44,342 bases of DNA from assembly GCA_964395535.1 (NCBI GenBank), contig CAYNDE010000001.1, forward strand, positions 1 to 44,342, read 5' to 3'. The position numbers and the translations under genes are program-made. This DNA is from an uncultured Pirellulales bacterium (GTDB lineage Bacteria > Planctomycetota > Phycisphaerae > Sedimentisphaerales > Anaerobacaceae). Each line of letters begins with the position of its first letter. Positions within the stretch are counted from its first letter, which is position 1. The notes below the pieces were generated by a model. That model was not told the DNA's origin, searched no databases, and worked only from the letters and a program-made list of their open reading frames with translations. This document shows positions 42,738-44,342 of this stretch, piece after piece.

Positions 42738-44321
42738 CTACGTACTCAATATCAAATCAAGCTCTCTTTTCTCAGGCACGGGCAGTTGTGCTCCGCATCG
42801 AATGCAATTCTCTGTTTCCAGTCCCCTTCGCCTGCCGCAAACCGGGCATTTAATAACTACTGTGTGATTTAGTGCCAGGTATGTCAAAAGACCTGCCAGA
42901 TTAAACAGCCCGACAAAGACAAGCCAGAATATAAATCGAGGCCATCCTGTTCTTCTCGACCAGCCGTGCCAAAAAGCAAACAAGACCATTAGAGCACCTG
43001 AAAATAAATTGATAAAACTTCCATCCGCCTGGTTTTCATCCGTTATCCAGACAAGCTCTCTAATGATTCCAAAACGCCTTTTTGCTAATCGCAACATATC
43101 ATCCTCAAGAAACCGCCAGAGCAAATCGTAAGCAGGCGGCGAAACTGAAGATGTCATCTTTCTGTACCTTTCATAAGAATCAATTCTCGCCTGCCACATA
43201 GACTCATCAATTGCCGGCCTGATCCAGTCAAAACTGCTGACCAGCTCAATGTCGCCGGAACCGCCAACGCTGTAAAATTCCAGGCAACGCGGCTCCGGCT
43301 TCTGCCTGTATTCCTTCCGATACCGTTCCTTCTCCTTTTCTGATATGCCAGGGGGCGGAAAAAAACTATTCTTATGGCACAAAAGAAAAACGCCCTTATT
43401 CGTAGCCGTCGAATCCAGACTGTAGCTGTCGGGATTTTCATTTTTGAACGCTTCGACAACAACCGTCTGCTCCGGATTTCTCATTATCAAATAATACATA
43501 TTGTCTTCTGTCCTGCAGAAAATCATCGGCCTGTATTCAACATTACCCGCCGGTTCGTCCGTTCGCTTCATATTCCAGTTATTCGATCTTAACACACCTA
43601 TTTTGCCTGTGGGGCTCTCAAAAATAATTCTCACCTGCCTCGTTTCAAAATTTATTTCATAAATTCGGTTATCCGTCTGCCACAGAAAAACAGGATTTAT
43701 TCCCGTACCCTCGCATAACTTAAAAAGCTGAAGGCTGCCCAGCCCTACAGCTTCGGGCCGGCTGATTGCAAAACCACCCGCACCGATATAACCAAGCACA
43801 TCCCCCTCACGGCCATAACCTGTAAATATCTGTCTTTCAACATCATATCGCCAGACTTCCTCAGTCCTGAGATTAGAATTAACAGGAATATCCAGCAGCC
43901 TTGAAAGCTCGGGACCTATTTGCTGCATATATAAAAGTTGATTGCCATAAAAAGAACGACTTGGACGCTCTGCCCACTGCAGATACTCAAAAGGCTTATC
44001 TCTGTCCAGACCCTCCCAGATTAAACTGCCGTTCACATCAAATATCTGCTGCTCGTTATAGCCCGGCCTGAGTCGGCTGTGCTCCGCAGTGTAAACCAGA
44101 TGAATCGTACCATCCGGCAGCACTTCTTTACTGCTGCGATGCTCTCTCCACTGCAAACCCTTAAATATGTCTTCCCATTCATCTGTATCCTCACCCACAA
44201 ACAAATACGCCGTTTGAAAAGTAAGCACCTGGACAAATGTCACTATAAACCAAAAAAGCAGAATCGTAACCGCAACTCTGAAAGCAACTGCAATATATCT
44301 CGTGTACTTTACCGGTTTCAT
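42738..44321 (-). CDS. Hypothetical membrane protein: N-terminal TM, extracytoplasmic region of about 400 aa, two C-terminal TM helices, and a terminal CxxC-x10-CxxC zinc ribbon
   Basis: Long clean ORF. TM segments IAVAFRVAVTILLFWFIVTFV, LFSGALMVLFAFW, and FIFWLVFVGLFNLAGLLTYLAL. Terminal CPVCGRRRGLETENCIRCG. The ATG at 44321 has GAGGTG 9 nt upstream (the track start 44333 is GTG). I recognised no family. Confidence 0.6.
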   Translation of the reverse strand: MKPVKYTRYIAVAFRVAVTILLFWFIVTFVQVLTFQTAYLFVGEDTDEWEDIFKGLQWREHRSSKEVLPDGTIHLVYTAEHSRLRPGYNEQQIFDVNGSLIWEGLDRDKPFEYLQWAERPSRSFYGNQLLYMQQIGPELSRLLDIPVNSNLRTEEVWRYDVERQIFTGYGREGDVLGYIGAGGFAISRPEAVGLGSLQLFKLCEGTGINPVFLWQTDNRIYEINFETRQVRIIFESPTGKIGVLRSNNWNMKRTDEPAGNVEYRPMIFCRTEDNMYYLIMRNPEQTVVVEAFKNENPDSYSLDSTATNKGVFLLCHKNSFFPPPGISEKEKERYRKEYRQKPEPRCLEFYSVGGSGDIELVSSFDWIRPAIDESMWQARIDSYERYRKMTSSVSPPAYDLLWRFLEDDMLRLAKRRFGIIRELVWITDENQADGSFINLFSGALMVLFAFWHGWSRRTGWPRFIFWLVFVGLFNLAGLLTYLALNHTVVIKCPVCGRRRGLETENCIRCGAQLPVPEKRELDLILST

Positions 44322-44342
44322 TTTAATAAACACCTCAACTAA

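Noticed and set aside
1-44342. CRISPR arrays, tRNA/rRNA genes and IS elements
   Set aside because: I saw no regularly spaced direct repeats, no cloverleaf-compatible GC-rich segments of 70-90 nt in the intergenic regions I read, and no transposase-like ORFs or terminal inverted repeats. This was by eye only; tRNAscan-SE and Infernal should confirm it.

Overview
This 44.3-kb window is chromosomal and looks origin-proximal (rsmB-dnaA with DnaA-box-like sites; yidC-mnmE about 5 kb away). The bacterium has moderately low GC. Gene content (DUF1573 lipoprotein, a giant secretin, an ECF module, McsAB outside a Firmicute context) suggests a Planctomycetota/PVC-like organism, but that is inference only. 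I count about 33 protein genes. They fall into these groups: (1) 1-7118, minus strand: a T2SS-like cluster of a DUF1573 lipoprotein, a GspC-like protein, a 1144-aa secretin, and a partial gspE that the ORF track misses because it runs off the edge. (2) 7375-13734: a five-gene ECF sigma operon, the most unusual locus here. (3) lexA, a hydrolase, nadE-like, ispG, a YacL-like PIN/TRAM protein, a thioesterase, and a second LexA-like XRE-S24 regulator. (4) An ACE-like lipoprotein peptidase, a 790-bp gene-free region with two tandem hairpin elements (candidate sRNAs), aspS, and a sensor kinase with a periplasmic CXXCH motif. (5) coaD, queD, mcsA-mcsB, and dnaK behind a near-consensus sigma54 promoter. 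(6) mnmE, yidC, a metallophosphoesterase, and lptB-def-fmt-rsmB-dnaA. (7) An uncharacterised membrane/zinc-ribbon protein. I saw no rRNA, tRNA, CRISPR array, transposase, integrase or phage structural genes. Several ORF-track starts are TTG/GTG or too long, and I re-called them. All family assignments come from motif recognition by eye; no searches were run.
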